64,000 nt of DNA from an uncultured Chromatiales bacterium (GTDB lineage: Bacteria > Bacteroidota > Ignavibacteria > SZUA-365), in the NCBI GenBank assembly GCA_964388275.1, contig CAYLZD010000020.1, forward strand, positions 3,232-67,231. Reading direction: 5' to 3'. Under the pieces are notes generated by a model that saw only the letters and a list, made by a program, of their open reading frames with translations, did not search any database and was not told the origin of the DNA. Below are positions 1-9,476 of the stretch, piece after piece. Numbering within the stretch: the stretch's first letter is position 1; each line of letters opens with the position of its first letter. Both the position numbers and the translations under genes were made by a program.

Positions 1-1098
1 TTCCGCGATGAAGTTAATCAGGCGCTCGCCCAGATCGCGGGATTCCTGTGGCGTGCCTCCCTCCAGCGTGAAGTACATGATCGTGCCGGGCGCGAAACGG
101 CCCTCGTAGTCCAGCATCTGCCTCAGGGCGAGCTCGCGTTGAGGATAGCTCTCGAGTCCCGGGTAAACCACGCGGCTCACGCGCGGGTGCTTCTCCAGAT
201 ACGCGGCCACGGCGCCCGCCGATTCGCTTTCCCGGCGCACTCTCACGGGCAGGGAGGGAAGGCCGTACACCAGTATGGGCCAGGCGCTCTTCGTGGCCAG
301 CACTCCGCCGAAATCCTTCCGGTAGAGCAGCAGCATGTCGTAGGCCCACTCGGGGCAGACGATCACGCCGCCCATGTCTGTCCCGAAGCCCCCGATCCCC
401 TTGGTGAGGGAGTGCATCACGAAATCGGCGCCGTGCTCCAGAGGCCGCTGGCAGTAAGGAGTCGCGAAGGTGTTGTCCACGACCACCCGTATGCGCTCGT
501 GCTCCTCCCTGCCGCTGTTGATGGCGGCGACGAGGCCGGTGACCGCTCGTATGTCGATCAATTCCATAGTGGGATTGATGGGCGTCTCGAAGAAAACCAC
601 CCGCGTGTTCGGCTTTATGGCCGCCTCGAGCTTGCCGATGTCGAGAAGCTGCGCGAAAGTCACGTCTATGCCGTATCTCGGGTACCAGCCGGTCAGCAGG
701 GAGTAGGTGCAGCCGTACAGCACGGGATGCGAGACGATGTGGTCGCCGGTCTTGAGCAGTATCCCGAACACGGCCGAGATGGCCGCCATGCCGGTGGCGA
801 AGGTGACCGCGCCGTCGCCTCCTTCGGCGAAGGCGAGATTCTCCTCGAGTATGTCCTTGTTGGGCTCGCCCAGCCGGTCATAGATGTAAATGGGTGACTT
901 GTGCCTGGTTTCCTCGGTTGTATGGGCGAATTCTATGAAACCCTGGGCGCCCCGCTGCGCCGAGTCCAGACGGTAAGTGGCCGATGAGGAAATGGGGGGT
1001 ATGACGTGATGCGAGTAGTCCCATTTCTCGGAATGGCTGCGCCCGTAAATCAGTCTGGTTTCCCTGGAATACTTCTCGTTGTTCAGTTCGTCGCTCAT
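1..1098 (-). CDS. Methionine gamma-lyase / Cys-Met metabolism PLP enzyme, 3' end runs off the window start
   Basis: Not in the ORF track because it has no stop in the window. Manual translation from ATG at 1098 gives MSDELNNEKYSRETRLIYG..IYDRLGEPN..FATGMAAI..LYGCTY..FFETPINPT..VVDNTFATP..HSLTKGIGG (PLP lysine). YGCT is typical of methionine gamma-lyases. Confidence 0.85.
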   Translation of the reverse strand, partial: MSDELNNEKYSRETRLIYGRSHSEKWDYSHHVIPPISSSATYRLDSAQRGAQGFIEFAHTTEETRHKSPIYIYDRLGEPNKDILEENLAFAEGGDGAVTFATGMAAISAVFGILLKTGDHIVSHPVLYGCTYSLLTGWYPRYGIDVTFAQLLDIGKLEAAIKPNTRVVFFETPINPTMELIDIRAVTGLVAAINSGREEHERIRVVVDNTFATPYCQRPLEHGADFVMHSLTKGIGGFGTDMGGVIVCPEWAYDMLLLYRKDFGGVLATKSAWPILVYGLPSLPVRVRRESESAGAVAAYLEKHPRVSRVVYPGLESYPQRELALRQMLDYEGRFAPGTIMYFTLEGGTPQESRDLGERLINFIAE

Positions 1099-1261
1099 GG
1101 CGTGACTCCGCTGACTTTCGGTGTGTGTCCCGGCGGGGTTTTCCCGCGTCGACCGCGCTCGCCCCACGCGCCTGCAAAAAATATCCCCTCGAAGCAGGAA
1201 AAACAAGGAAAGGAAATCACGGACGGGGAAATACGGATTTTACGGTGTGAAATACCGGGGG

Positions 1262-1296
1262 TTGCCCCGCGGCGGGCGGGGCGGTATTTTCGAGGC
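1262..1296 (+). promoter_or_regulatory. Sigma70-type promoter, apparently leaderless, for the HD gene
   Basis: TTGCCC (1262-1267), 17 nt, TATTTT (1285-1290), 6 nt, ATG (1297). Confidence 0.5.
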
Positions 1297-1851
1297 ATGT
1301 TTACGCGCGAAGACGCATGGAAGCTGCTTCGGGAATGGACCGCGGGAGAGCGGTTGCTGAAGCATGCGCTGGCGGTGGAAACCGCCATGCGCGCCCTCGC
1401 CGAGAAATTCGGCGGGGACGAGGAATCCTGGGGCATGGCCGGCCTGCTCCACGACATGGACTATGAGAAACACCCGGGAATGGACGAGCATCCCTTCGAA
1501 GGCGCCCGGAGACTGGCCGAGCTCGGATATCCGGAGGAAATCCGCCGCGCGGTGCTGTCGCATGCCGATCATACCGGTGTGGCCAGGGAATCGATAATGG
1601 AAAAGGCGCTCTTCGCCTGCGATGAACTCTGCGGCTTCCTGATCGCGGTCGCGTTGGTGCGGCCCGACAGGAAAATCGCGGGCGTGGAAGCGCGTTCGGT
1701 GCGGAAGAAAATGAAGGACAAGGCCTTCGCTCGCGCTGTTTCGCGCGACGACATGTTGAGAGGCGCCCGGGAGCTCGGCATGGAATTCGACGATTTGGTC
1801 GCCTGCCTCGTGACCGCGTTGAGCGCCCGGTCCGATCTATTGAGCGTTTGA
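1297..1851 (+). CDS. HD/HDIG-domain metal-dependent phosphohydrolase
   Basis: Motifs KHALAVE, LLHDMDYE, HPFEG, SHA, ACDELCG; start moved to MFTRED at 1297. Confidence 0.85.
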   Translation: MFTREDAWKLLREWTAGERLLKHALAVETAMRALAEKFGGDEESWGMAGLLHDMDYEKHPGMDEHPFEGARRLAELGYPEEIRRAVLSHADHTGVARESIMEKALFACDELCGFLIAVALVRPDRKIAGVEARSVRKKMKDKAFARAVSRDDMLRGARELGMEFDDLVACLVTALSARSDLLSV

Positions 1852-1867
1852 CGCCCCGCCGTCTCTG

Positions 1868-2821
1868 TCAGACGGCTTCGCCGCCCGCGGACAGTATGCT
1901 TTTCAACGCCGGCTCGAGCCGCGGATGCCGGAATTCGAAATCCGCTTCCATCAGGCGTTCGGGTGAAATCCTCTGTCCGCCGAGCAACGTCCCGGCGAAT
2001 TCTCCGATAAGCGCGCGCAAGAGGAAAGCCGGAACCGGGAAATAAAAAGGCCTCCTGAGCGCGCGCGCGACGGCTGCTCCGAACTCCCTGTTCCTCGCGG
2101 GATCCGGCGCCACCGCGGCGAAAGGTCCTCTGATTTCGCTATTTTCCAGCGCGAACATAATGATACGGACGGCGTCCTCGATGTGTATCCAGGGCAGCCA
2201 TTGCCTGCCGTTTCCCAAGGGCCCGCCCGCGAACATCCTGATCGGACGCGCGAGCAGCGGCAGCGCGCCTCCTTTCGCGGACAGCACTATGCCGAAACGC
2301 GGCACGGCCACCCTGGTTCCGGCGCGGCCCGCGGCCAGCGCCTCTTTTTCCCAGTCCTCGCAGAGGCGCGCGAGAAAATCGTCTCCGGCGGGCGCGTCTT
2401 CCGGCAGCGGCCGGTCGCCGGTGTCGCCGTAATAGCCGATGCCCGATACGCTGACGAACACCTCCGGAGGCGCGGCCGCGGAGGCGATCGCGCCGCTTAT
2501 GCCGCGCGTGCCCATGATGCGGCTGCCGGCGATACGTTTCTTGACCCGCTCGTTCCAACGGGCGCCTCCAATGGACTCGGCGGCGAGATGTACCACTGCG
2601 TAGGCGCCCGAAACGGCTTCAGTCCATCCCCCTGAAACGCCCGGCGTCCATTCCCGGAAATCGTCGATTCCTGGAATAGATACGGCCGCGCGCCGGACGT
2701 CGCGGCTCAACGCCGTGATTCGATAACCCCTTGCCGACAGTTCGGGCAGCAGGGCCCTTCCGAGGAGGCCCGTAGCCCCTGTGACCACAACGCGTTTGTG
2801 CGGATTCGAATCGGAGTCCAT
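1868..2821 (-). CDS. TIGR01777 family (YfcH-like) NAD-dependent epimerase/oxidoreductase
   Basis: VVVTGATGLLG Rossmann motif, HLAAESI..RW, SGIGYYG, QWLPWIHIED, DUF1731-like C-terminus; start at MDSDSN. Confidence 0.9.
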   Translation of the reverse strand: MDSDSNPHKRVVVTGATGLLGRALLPELSARGYRITALSRDVRRAAVSIPGIDDFREWTPGVSGGWTEAVSGAYAVVHLAAESIGGARWNERVKKRIAGSRIMGTRGISGAIASAAAPPEVFVSVSGIGYYGDTGDRPLPEDAPAGDDFLARLCEDWEKEALAAGRAGTRVAVPRFGIVLSAKGGALPLLARPIRMFAGGPLGNGRQWLPWIHIEDAVRIIMFALENSEIRGPFAAVAPDPARNREFGAAVARALRRPFYFPVPAFLLRALIGEFAGTLLGGQRISPERLMEADFEFRHPRLEPALKSILSAGGEAV

Positions 2822-2930
2822 GAAAGTTGGAACATAAGGGCGCCGCCGCGGGTTCCGCCCGGCTTGATCTTTCACGGTTTAACCAGTAATTTCATGCGAC
2901 CATTCAACCCTCACAATTCGAGAAATCGCC

Positions 2931-3983
2931 ATGTCAATCAACATTCAAGAACTGCTGGGCCAAGACGCGGAAAACCTCCTTTCTTTCGACAAGCCTCGCG
3001 TTCCGAAGGAATCGCTGCACCTCCCCGGACCCGATTTTGTGGACAGGATCTGGAAGGACAGCGATCGCAGTCCGAGGGTGCTGGTCAATCTTCAGCGCAT
3101 ATACTCCTCAGGCCGTCTCGCCGGCACCGGATACATGTCGATACTCCCCGTCGATCAGGGCATAGAACATTCGGCGGGCGCCTCCTTCGCGCCGAATCCG
3201 GCGTATTTCGATCCCGAGAATATCGTCCTCCTGGCGATGGAGGGCGGCTGCAACGCGGTTGCGAGCACGCTCGGAGTGCTCGGATCGGTGGCGAGACGCT
3301 ATGCTCACAAGATACCCTTCCTAGTGAAGATCAATCACAACGAACTGTTGACCTATCCGAACAAGCACGATCAGATACTCTTCGCTTCCTGCGAACAGGC
3401 GGCCGACATGGGCGCGGCCGCGGTGGGCGCCACCATATATTTCGGTTCGGAGGAATCCGCGAGGCAGATCGTGGAAATCTCGGAGGCCTTTTCCTACGCG
3501 CATGAACTCGGTCTGGCCACCGTCCTGTGGTGCTATCTGCGGAATCCGGCTTTCAAAACCGACAAGGACTATCACGTATCCGCCGACCTGACCGGACAGG
3601 CCAATCATCTCGGCGTGACGCTGGAAGCGGATATCATAAAACAGAAACTGCCCGAAAACAACGGCGGCTACAACGCGCTGTCCTTCGGGAAGACCAGCAA
3701 ACTGGTGTACGACAAGCTCACGAGCGGGCATCCGATAGACCTCGCCAGATACCAGGTGGTGAGCTGTTACATGGGCAGGGCGGGCCTTATCAACAGCGGC
3801 GGCGCGTCGTCGGGCGCCGCGGACACGGCCGAAGCCGTGAAAACGGCCGTGATAAACAAAAGAGCCGGAGGCCAGGGACTCATTTCGGGACGCAAGGCGT
3901 TTCAGCGTCCCATGAAAGAAGGGGCGGCGCTCCTGAACGCGATTCAGGACGTCTATCTGTCGCCCGAAGTAACCATCGCCTGA
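2931..3983 (+). CDS. fbaB: Class I fructose-bisphosphate aldolase
   Basis: [44 protein letters not shown]; 350 aa as in FbaB. Confidence 0.95.
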   Translation: MSINIQELLGQDAENLLSFDKPRVPKESLHLPGPDFVDRIWKDSDRSPRVLVNLQRIYSSGRLAGTGYMSILPVDQGIEHSAGASFAPNPAYFDPENIVLLAMEGGCNAVASTLGVLGSVARRYAHKIPFLVKINHNELLTYPNKHDQILFASCEQAADMGAAAVGATIYFGSEESARQIVEISEAFSYAHELGLATVLWCYLRNPAFKTDKDYHVSADLTGQANHLGVTLEADIIKQKLPENNGGYNALSFGKTSKLVYDKLTSGHPIDLARYQVVSCYMGRAGLINSGGASSGAADTAEAVKTAVINKRAGGQGLISGRKAFQRPMKEGAALLNAIQDVYLSPEVTIA

Positions 3984-4007
3984 CGGCGCCGGCCGTCGTC
4001 CGATGCA

Positions 4008-4373
4008 ATGGATATAGCGGCTTTGCCGGCAAGACTGTACTGGCTGCTCTGGCCGCTCAACATTTCGCTTCTCATCGCGGGTGCGATGCTTCTGCGAGCC
4101 GGTTTGCGCAGGGGAGTATCGCTGCGCGGATACCTGGCCCAAGGTCCGGCGAAAGAGAAGCCCGGACGCACACGCGACATGGTTCCGACTCTGGCCGGTG
4201 TGACGGCTGTCGCATTCTCGCTCAACAATTCGGCGGGGATACCGGACGCGCTGGCGTTCTGCATAAGCGCGGAGATGATGCCGCTCGTGCGGTTCTTGTC
4301 GGCGCTGTTTTTTCTGGCAGTGGTTGCTGTTTTTCTTCTTTTTCTGGAGAAACGCCGTTTCCGGCGATTTTGA
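4008..4373 (+). CDS. Hypothetical small membrane protein (about 3 TM segments)
   Basis: Fills the gap between fbaB and DUF2851; hydrophobic segments; basic C-terminus. Confidence 0.5.
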   Translation: MDIAALPARLYWLLWPLNISLLIAGAMLLRAGLRRGVSLRGYLAQGPAKEKPGRTRDMVPTLAGVTAVAFSLNNSAGIPDALAFCISAEMMPLVRFLSALFFLAVVAVFLLFLEKRRFRRF

Positions 4374-4466
4374 CGGAGCGGCGTCCGTCGGCCGCGGCCG
4401 CGGAACGGGCGCCGCACTTCGCTTGTTAATGGGGGGACAGGCGCCTGAACCGCAACTGGAGGGAGA

Positions 4467-5831
4467 ATGGCCGTGAACACTCATCAAGCAGCCGGGCGCG
4501 GGGAACGTCCCGCGCATTCCGCATACCGGCCGGCCGGCCGCGCATTCCGCGTGCGTGAATCGGTCCGGAAGACGCCGCCCGGGAAAGCTCCTTGCTCCGC
4601 CCGCAATTCGCCTCGAGTTCCGGAGCAGCACGTGGCCGAGATGTGGATACGCCTTTGCTCGGAAGCCCGCACATTTCCACTGGCGGGCGGGGGCGGCGCC
4701 GAAGTTCTCGAAACCGGCGTCCGCAACATGCATGACGGACCGGATTTCCTCGGCGCGCTGCTGCTCGTCGACGGCGTCGCGCGCAGAGGCGATATTGAGA
4801 TTCACACGCGCGAGGAGGACTGGTTCCGCCACGGCCATGCCGGAGACAGAAGATACGAAGGTGTGATTCTGCATGTGGCGCTGTATCCCGCGCCGGTTTC
4901 GCCGCTGCCGATCGGCGCGGCCACGGTGATACTTTCACAGGTGCTGCGCCGTCCGCTCCGGCAGGCCTGGTCGGAAGTTCTGCAGGATTCGGGGTCGCGC
5001 TCGGCCCCACACTGCGTTGCGCTCGACGCGCCTCCCGGCGCCGCTCTCACGGCCGTCATGGCCTTGCTCTGCGCATCCGAGAGATTCGCCAGAAAAGTCG
5101 CCTCGGCGGAAGCGCGCCTCCTGGAATTCCGGAAGCTCGGCAACCGGCGCGAGGCGCTCGAAGGGGTTTTCCATGAAATGTCGGCCCGCGCCTTCGGATA
5201 CGGCGGGAACGAAAAGTCGTTTGAGAAGCTGGCGAGGACGCTGCCACTTAGGAAACTCGCGGAGAGCTGCGGATCCGACGCCGTCCGCATAGCCGAAGTG
5301 CTGTCGGAGCACTGCGCGCGCTCCGCCTACGAGTGGAATTCCGGATCCGTGCGCCCCGTCAATTCCGTGAAAATCCGCGCCGCGCAGCTGGCTTCCTGGG
5401 CTTCGGCTCTGATCGGCGGGAAACTGCTGCGCGAACTCGAACTGCTCATGCTTGAAAATCCGCCGTCGCCGCAACGGCTTCTGAGGCTGATCGCCCGCCG
5501 ATGCGCCGATCCCCGCCTGCGCGTCGAGGCGCCTGGAACCTCGCGCTGCGCGGAGATCGTCATCAACGTTCTGGCGCCTTTCTTCGCGGCGTCGGCGCGT
5601 TCGGAAAACAGGGAGAAGCTGCTGCGCAGCGCGGTCGCCTTGTACCACGGCTTTCCCATCGCCCCCGGGAACAGAAAAACCAGACGGCTTCAACCGCTGT
5701 TCGGCCGCGGCGTTGCGTTGAGTTCCGGGATGCAGCAGGGCCTGATAGAGCTTCACGATAAGTATTGCGAAACCTCGGCGTGCTCCGATTGTCTTATCTG
5801 GGCCCGGTTCCCGCTCGGCGGATGCCCATGA
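4467..5831 (+). CDS. DUF2851 family protein
   Basis: RNMHDGPDF, GDIEIH, WFRHGHAGD..Y..VILHV, AFGYGGN, C-terminal QGLIELHDKYC....C..C. Confidence 0.85.
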   Translation: MAVNTHQAAGRGERPAHSAYRPAGRAFRVRESVRKTPPGKAPCSARNSPRVPEQHVAEMWIRLCSEARTFPLAGGGGAEVLETGVRNMHDGPDFLGALLLVDGVARRGDIEIHTREEDWFRHGHAGDRRYEGVILHVALYPAPVSPLPIGAATVILSQVLRRPLRQAWSEVLQDSGSRSAPHCVALDAPPGAALTAVMALLCASERFARKVASAEARLLEFRKLGNRREALEGVFHEMSARAFGYGGNEKSFEKLARTLPLRKLAESCGSDAVRIAEVLSEHCARSAYEWNSGSVRPVNSVKIRAAQLASWASALIGGKLLRELELLMLENPPSPQRLLRLIARRCADPRLRVEAPGTSRCAEIVINVLAPFFAASARSENREKLLRSAVALYHGFPIAPGNRKTRRLQPLFGRGVALSSGMQQGLIELHDKYCETSACSDCLIWARFPLGGCP

Positions 5832-5870
5832 GACGGCATTTGCCTCGTTGATGCCGCGACATTATCTTGT

Positions 5871-5888
5871 TTGTGAAAATATTCTCGT
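5871..5888 (+). promoter_or_regulatory. Candidate Rex operator upstream of rex
   Basis: TTGTGAA-AATA-TTCTCGT versus Rex box TTGTGAA-N4-TTCACAA: left half 7/7, right half 4/7. Confidence 0.45.
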
Positions 5889-5997
5889 TCGGCGCGTTCC
5901 GGCTGCCTTCCCGAGGAGTATCAACTTATAACAGCGGTATTTCGGACATCGCTCGGCGAGTTCATCGGCATTATCCGTTCAACAGGAGTCCCCTCAC

Positions 5998-6675
5998 ATG
6001 CCAAATTCCGGTGACACCAGGCCGCCGTCAGGAAAGGGGGTATCGAAAGCCGCCTTTCGTCGCTTGCCGCATTATCATCAGATTGTCACGGCTTACGATG
6101 GACTTGGGAAGAAATATATCTCGAGCAAGGAATTGTCCGAGATACTCGAAATAAACGAGACTCTGGTGCGCAAGGACATGGCCGATCTGGAGATCCGCGG
6201 CCGGCAGAATCAGGGTTACGAAGTGAGAACCATGCTCGAAACGATCGAGGATTTCCTCGGAATACAGGAAATCACGGAGGCCCTTGTAATCGGCGCCGGA
6301 CATCTCGGCAAAGCCCTCGCCATGTACCCGGGTTTCGAACCCTACGGTCTGAGCATCGTGGGCGTCCTCGACAATGATCCGCAAAAAATAGGTTCCTATG
6401 TCGGCCGTTACGAGATACTGTCGGTTTTCCGCCTGGCCAGTCTGATCGAACGCCACCACATCAAATTGATAATACTCACGGTGCCGAAGGCGGCCGCGCA
6501 GGAAGTAACCGATATCGCCGTGGCCGCGGGCGTGAAAGCAATCTGGAATTTCACACCCATGGAATTGCGCTCGCCCCCCGATGTGTTCGTGCGCAATGAA
6601 CAGATAATCGCCGGTTTCATGGCGCTGTCGCATTTCCTCAAAAACCAGTTTACAGGCGAACAGGCACAGCCGTAG
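5998..6675 (+). CDS. rex: Redox-sensing transcriptional repressor Rex
   Basis: RRLPHY, LVRKDM, GYEV winged helix, IGAGHLGKAL NADH-binding motif, KAIWNFTP. Confidence 0.93.
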   Translation: MPNSGDTRPPSGKGVSKAAFRRLPHYHQIVTAYDGLGKKYISSKELSEILEINETLVRKDMADLEIRGRQNQGYEVRTMLETIEDFLGIQEITEALVIGAGHLGKALAMYPGFEPYGLSIVGVLDNDPQKIGSYVGRYEILSVFRLASLIERHHIKLIILTVPKAAAQEVTDIAVAAGVKAIWNFTPMELRSPPDVFVRNEQIIAGFMALSHFLKNQFTGEQAQP

Positions 6676-6776
6676 CGCGCGTCGCCCGCCGATCCGAGGA
6701 CAAGGCGGGACGCCGGTATTCCGCTCGCAAACGGCCTCCTGAGCGGGGCGCCGTTCCGCGCCGCCGCCGTTTTCGT

Positions 6777-8090
6777 CTAATGGAAAATGTCGTTGTAAAC
6801 GACCAGGACCATCAGGCCAATCAGGAGCACCCAGCCGGCGTTCAACATTGAAATCTGGACTTTGGTCGGGATTTCCCGGCGGAATATCAGTTCATAGAGA
6901 AGGAAAATGACGAAACCGCCGTCCAGCGCCGGAATCGGGAAGAGGTTGATGATCGCCAGACTGATGCTCAGGATGGCCAGGAATCCGAGAAACCTCAATA
7001 TGCCGCCCTCGGCTTCCTTCGCCGCGAGTTTCGCGATTTTTACAGGCCCGCCGATCGATTCCCTGAAACTCGCCTTTCCGGAAATGATGTGCCAGATGTT
7101 GGTGACCGTCAACACGGTCAGCGTCACTGTGTTGTCGAAACCGGCCGCCAGAGCGCCCGGGATGCTGAAGTGTTCCACCACTTTTTCCGCGTCGATGCTC
7201 GTGGTGATGCTGATCCCGATTTTCCCGCCTGCGTCGGGACTGACGTAACCTCTGAGCGTGTCGCCGTCGCGCAGCCAGACGGCCGGAAGCTCGGTTTCGG
7301 GATTCGCCTGCAGCAGAGCAATCACGTCGGTCTGCAGATTCATTTCCTTTCCGTTCAGCAGAAGAATGCGGTCGCCCGCCTTCAGACCCGCCTTTTCGGC
7401 GGGCCTGCCCGGGTCCACCGTGTTGATCAGGGGACGCGCTCCGAGAGGCAGCATGCCCAGGCCTTCGCCGTCGAGCCGCGCCAGATCCCGCTGGCGGATC
7501 ACTACTCCGACTTTTTCGGCGCCGCGGAGCACGCTCAACTGCACGTCTCCGGCGGCGCCTCCGTAGGCGATTTCCCGTTCGACGTCTTCCCAGTATTCAA
7601 CGGATTCGCCGTTGATGCTGACAATGCGGTCGCCGCTCGCGATTCCCGCCCTGGCGGCTAGCGAGCTGTCGGCCACGACTCCGATGGTGGTGACCTTGTG
7701 CATCTCCCTGCCGCGCGAGAGGTTCATGCCGGAGAATATCAGAACCGCGAGAACGATGTTCATGGCGACGCCCGCGAGAATGACGATCAGGCGCTGCCAC
7801 ACCGGTTTGGAGCGGAATTCCCACGGCTGCGGCTCGGACTTCGTGAACTCGGTGTCGAAGCTCTCGTCGATCATGCCGGCGATTTTCACGTAACCGCCGA
7901 AAGGAATCCAGGATATGCAATAATCGGTCTCGCCGAATTTCCGTCCGAAAGCGCGGGGGCCGAGTCCGATGGAGAAGCGGTCGACGCGCATGCGGAAGAG
8001 CTTGGCGGTGGCGAAATGCCCGAACTCGTGCACCAGCACGAGCAGGCTGATGACGATGAGGAAATAGAAGATATGGCTGAAAAATTCCAT
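6777..8090 (-). CDS. rseP: RIP metalloprotease RseP (M50, two PDZ domains)
   Basis: VLVHEFGHF, IPFGGYVKIAGM, ILAGVAMN, two PDZ-like segments, NLFPIPALDGG; directly downstream of dxr; start MEFFSH. Confidence 0.95.
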   Translation of the reverse strand: MEFFSHIFYFLIVISLLVLVHEFGHFATAKLFRMRVDRFSIGLGPRAFGRKFGETDYCISWIPFGGYVKIAGMIDESFDTEFTKSEPQPWEFRSKPVWQRLIVILAGVAMNIVLAVLIFSGMNLSRGREMHKVTTIGVVADSSLAARAGIASGDRIVSINGESVEYWEDVEREIAYGGAAGDVQLSVLRGAEKVGVVIRQRDLARLDGEGLGMLPLGARPLINTVDPGRPAEKAGLKAGDRILLLNGKEMNLQTDVIALLQANPETELPAVWLRDGDTLRGYVSPDAGGKIGISITTSIDAEKVVEHFSIPGALAAGFDNTVTLTVLTVTNIWHIISGKASFRESIGGPVKIAKLAAKEAEGGILRFLGFLAILSISLAIINLFPIPALDGGFVIFLLYELIFRREIPTKVQISMLNAGWVLLIGLMVLVVYNDIFH

Positions 8091-8091
8091 G

Positions 8092-9273
8092 TCAGGAGAC
8101 TGTGACAGGTTGTATGTGACGTTGTTGTTTGCGAAGCCGATCCTCGGCGAAGAGGCGGATCTCCCTGTCCGCCTCGATGACGGCCGCGATATCGCCGGCG
8201 GGACCGGCGCCGTGTTTTTCCAAAGCATCCTCGATGAGACGCGGGATATCGGAGAAGAGGATCCGGCCATCCAGAAATCCCTGCACGGCCACTTCATTCG
8301 CGGCGTTCAGCGCGGCCGGCGCGGTGCCGCCGCATCGAAGAGCGGATTCCGCCAGAGCCAGGCAGCGGAAAGTGCCGCGGTCGGCTTCCTCGAAAGTGAG
8401 CGCGCTCATGAGGGAAAGGTCCAGCCTGGGATAATCGGTTTCGATGCGGTCGGGCCAGGACAGCGCGTACTGTATCGGTATGCGCATGTCCGGCATGCCG
8501 AGTTGCGCCTTGAGAGATCCGTCCCGGAATTCGACGAAGGAATGCACGATGGATTGCGGATGCACGATCACGTCGATGCGGTCCGGCGGCAGTCCGAAAA
8601 GCCAGTGGGCTTCTATCACCTCCAGGCCCTTGTTCATGAGCGTGGCCGAGTCGATGGTGATTTTCCTTCCCATGTTCCACACCGGGTGCGCAAGGGCCTC
8701 GGCGGCCGTCACGTTTTCGAGCGACCGCGCGTTTCTTCCGCGGAAAGGCCCGCCGCTGGCAGTGAGCACGAGACGCCCGGCGCTGTCCTTGTTCTCCCCG
8801 TTGAGGCATTGAAGAATGGCGCTGTGTTCGCTGTCTATCGGTAGGAGCTGCGCTCCGGAGACGGCCATGGCGGCCGTGATGACCTCTCCCGCGGCCACGA
8901 GGGTTTCCTTGTTGGCGAGCGCTACCTTCCTGCCGAGCTCGATCGCCGCCAGGGTGGGCAGCACGCCGGCGAAACCCACGAGGCTGCTTACCATCACGTC
9001 ATAATCGGATCTGCGGGCGAGTTCGAGGAGGCCGTCAACGCCGGCCAGCACTTCGGTCTTGCTGCCCAGCCGCTCGCGCGCGGCGGCCGCGGCGCCCGCG
9101 TCGGCGAGAGCGACGGCCGCCGGATGGAATTCCGCCGCCTGCAGGAGCAGGGTTTCCACGTTGCGGTTGGTCGCCAGATAGCGAATCGAAAACAGCCCCG
9201 GATTCCGCCTGACCACATCCAGCGTATTTGCGCCGATGGAGCCCGTGGCGCCGAATACGGCAAGTGATTTCAT
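8092..9273 (-). CDS. dxr: 1-deoxy-D-xylulose-5-phosphate reductoisomerase
   Basis: GATGSIG, LANKETLV, PIDSEHSA, LTASGGPF, MGRKITIDSATLMNKGLE, NAANE. Confidence 0.97.
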   Translation of the reverse strand: MKSLAVFGATGSIGANTLDVVRRNPGLFSIRYLATNRNVETLLLQAAEFHPAAVALADAGAAAAARERLGSKTEVLAGVDGLLELARRSDYDVMVSSLVGFAGVLPTLAAIELGRKVALANKETLVAAGEVITAAMAVSGAQLLPIDSEHSAILQCLNGENKDSAGRLVLTASGGPFRGRNARSLENVTAAEALAHPVWNMGRKITIDSATLMNKGLEVIEAHWLFGLPPDRIDVIVHPQSIVHSFVEFRDGSLKAQLGMPDMRIPIQYALSWPDRIETDYPRLDLSLMSALTFEEADRGTFRCLALAESALRCGGTAPAALNAANEVAVQGFLDGRILFSDIPRLIEDALEKHGAGPAGDIAAVIEADREIRLFAEDRLRKQQRHIQPVTVS

Positions 9274-9438
9274 GGTGCCCCCATGATTGAAAGCGGGCAT
9301 ATCTCTTCCGGTACGGGCATGAATGTCAATATAATCATCTGCTTTTTATTTCGACGCATCGGCATGCAGCTTAGAACATCATTCGGCGAATAAAGGTTCG
9401 AATCGCGGTTTCACGGCCGGTCGAAAATACGGAACCGA

Positions 9439-9469
9439 TTGTATCGGCCCCGCGTTTCCTCTATTATTG
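9439..9469 (+). promoter_or_regulatory. Sigma70-type promoter for the TPR operon
   Basis: TTGTAT (9439-9444), 17 nt, TATTAT (9462-9467); ATG 9 nt downstream. Confidence 0.45.
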
Positions 9470-9476
9470 CATTGAT

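Noticed and set aside
4510-4550. 13-bp direct repeat CCGCGCATTCCGC around CCGG x3 in the DUF2851 5' extension
   Set aside because: Low-complexity GC-rich sequence in a non-conserved N-terminal extension; no evident function
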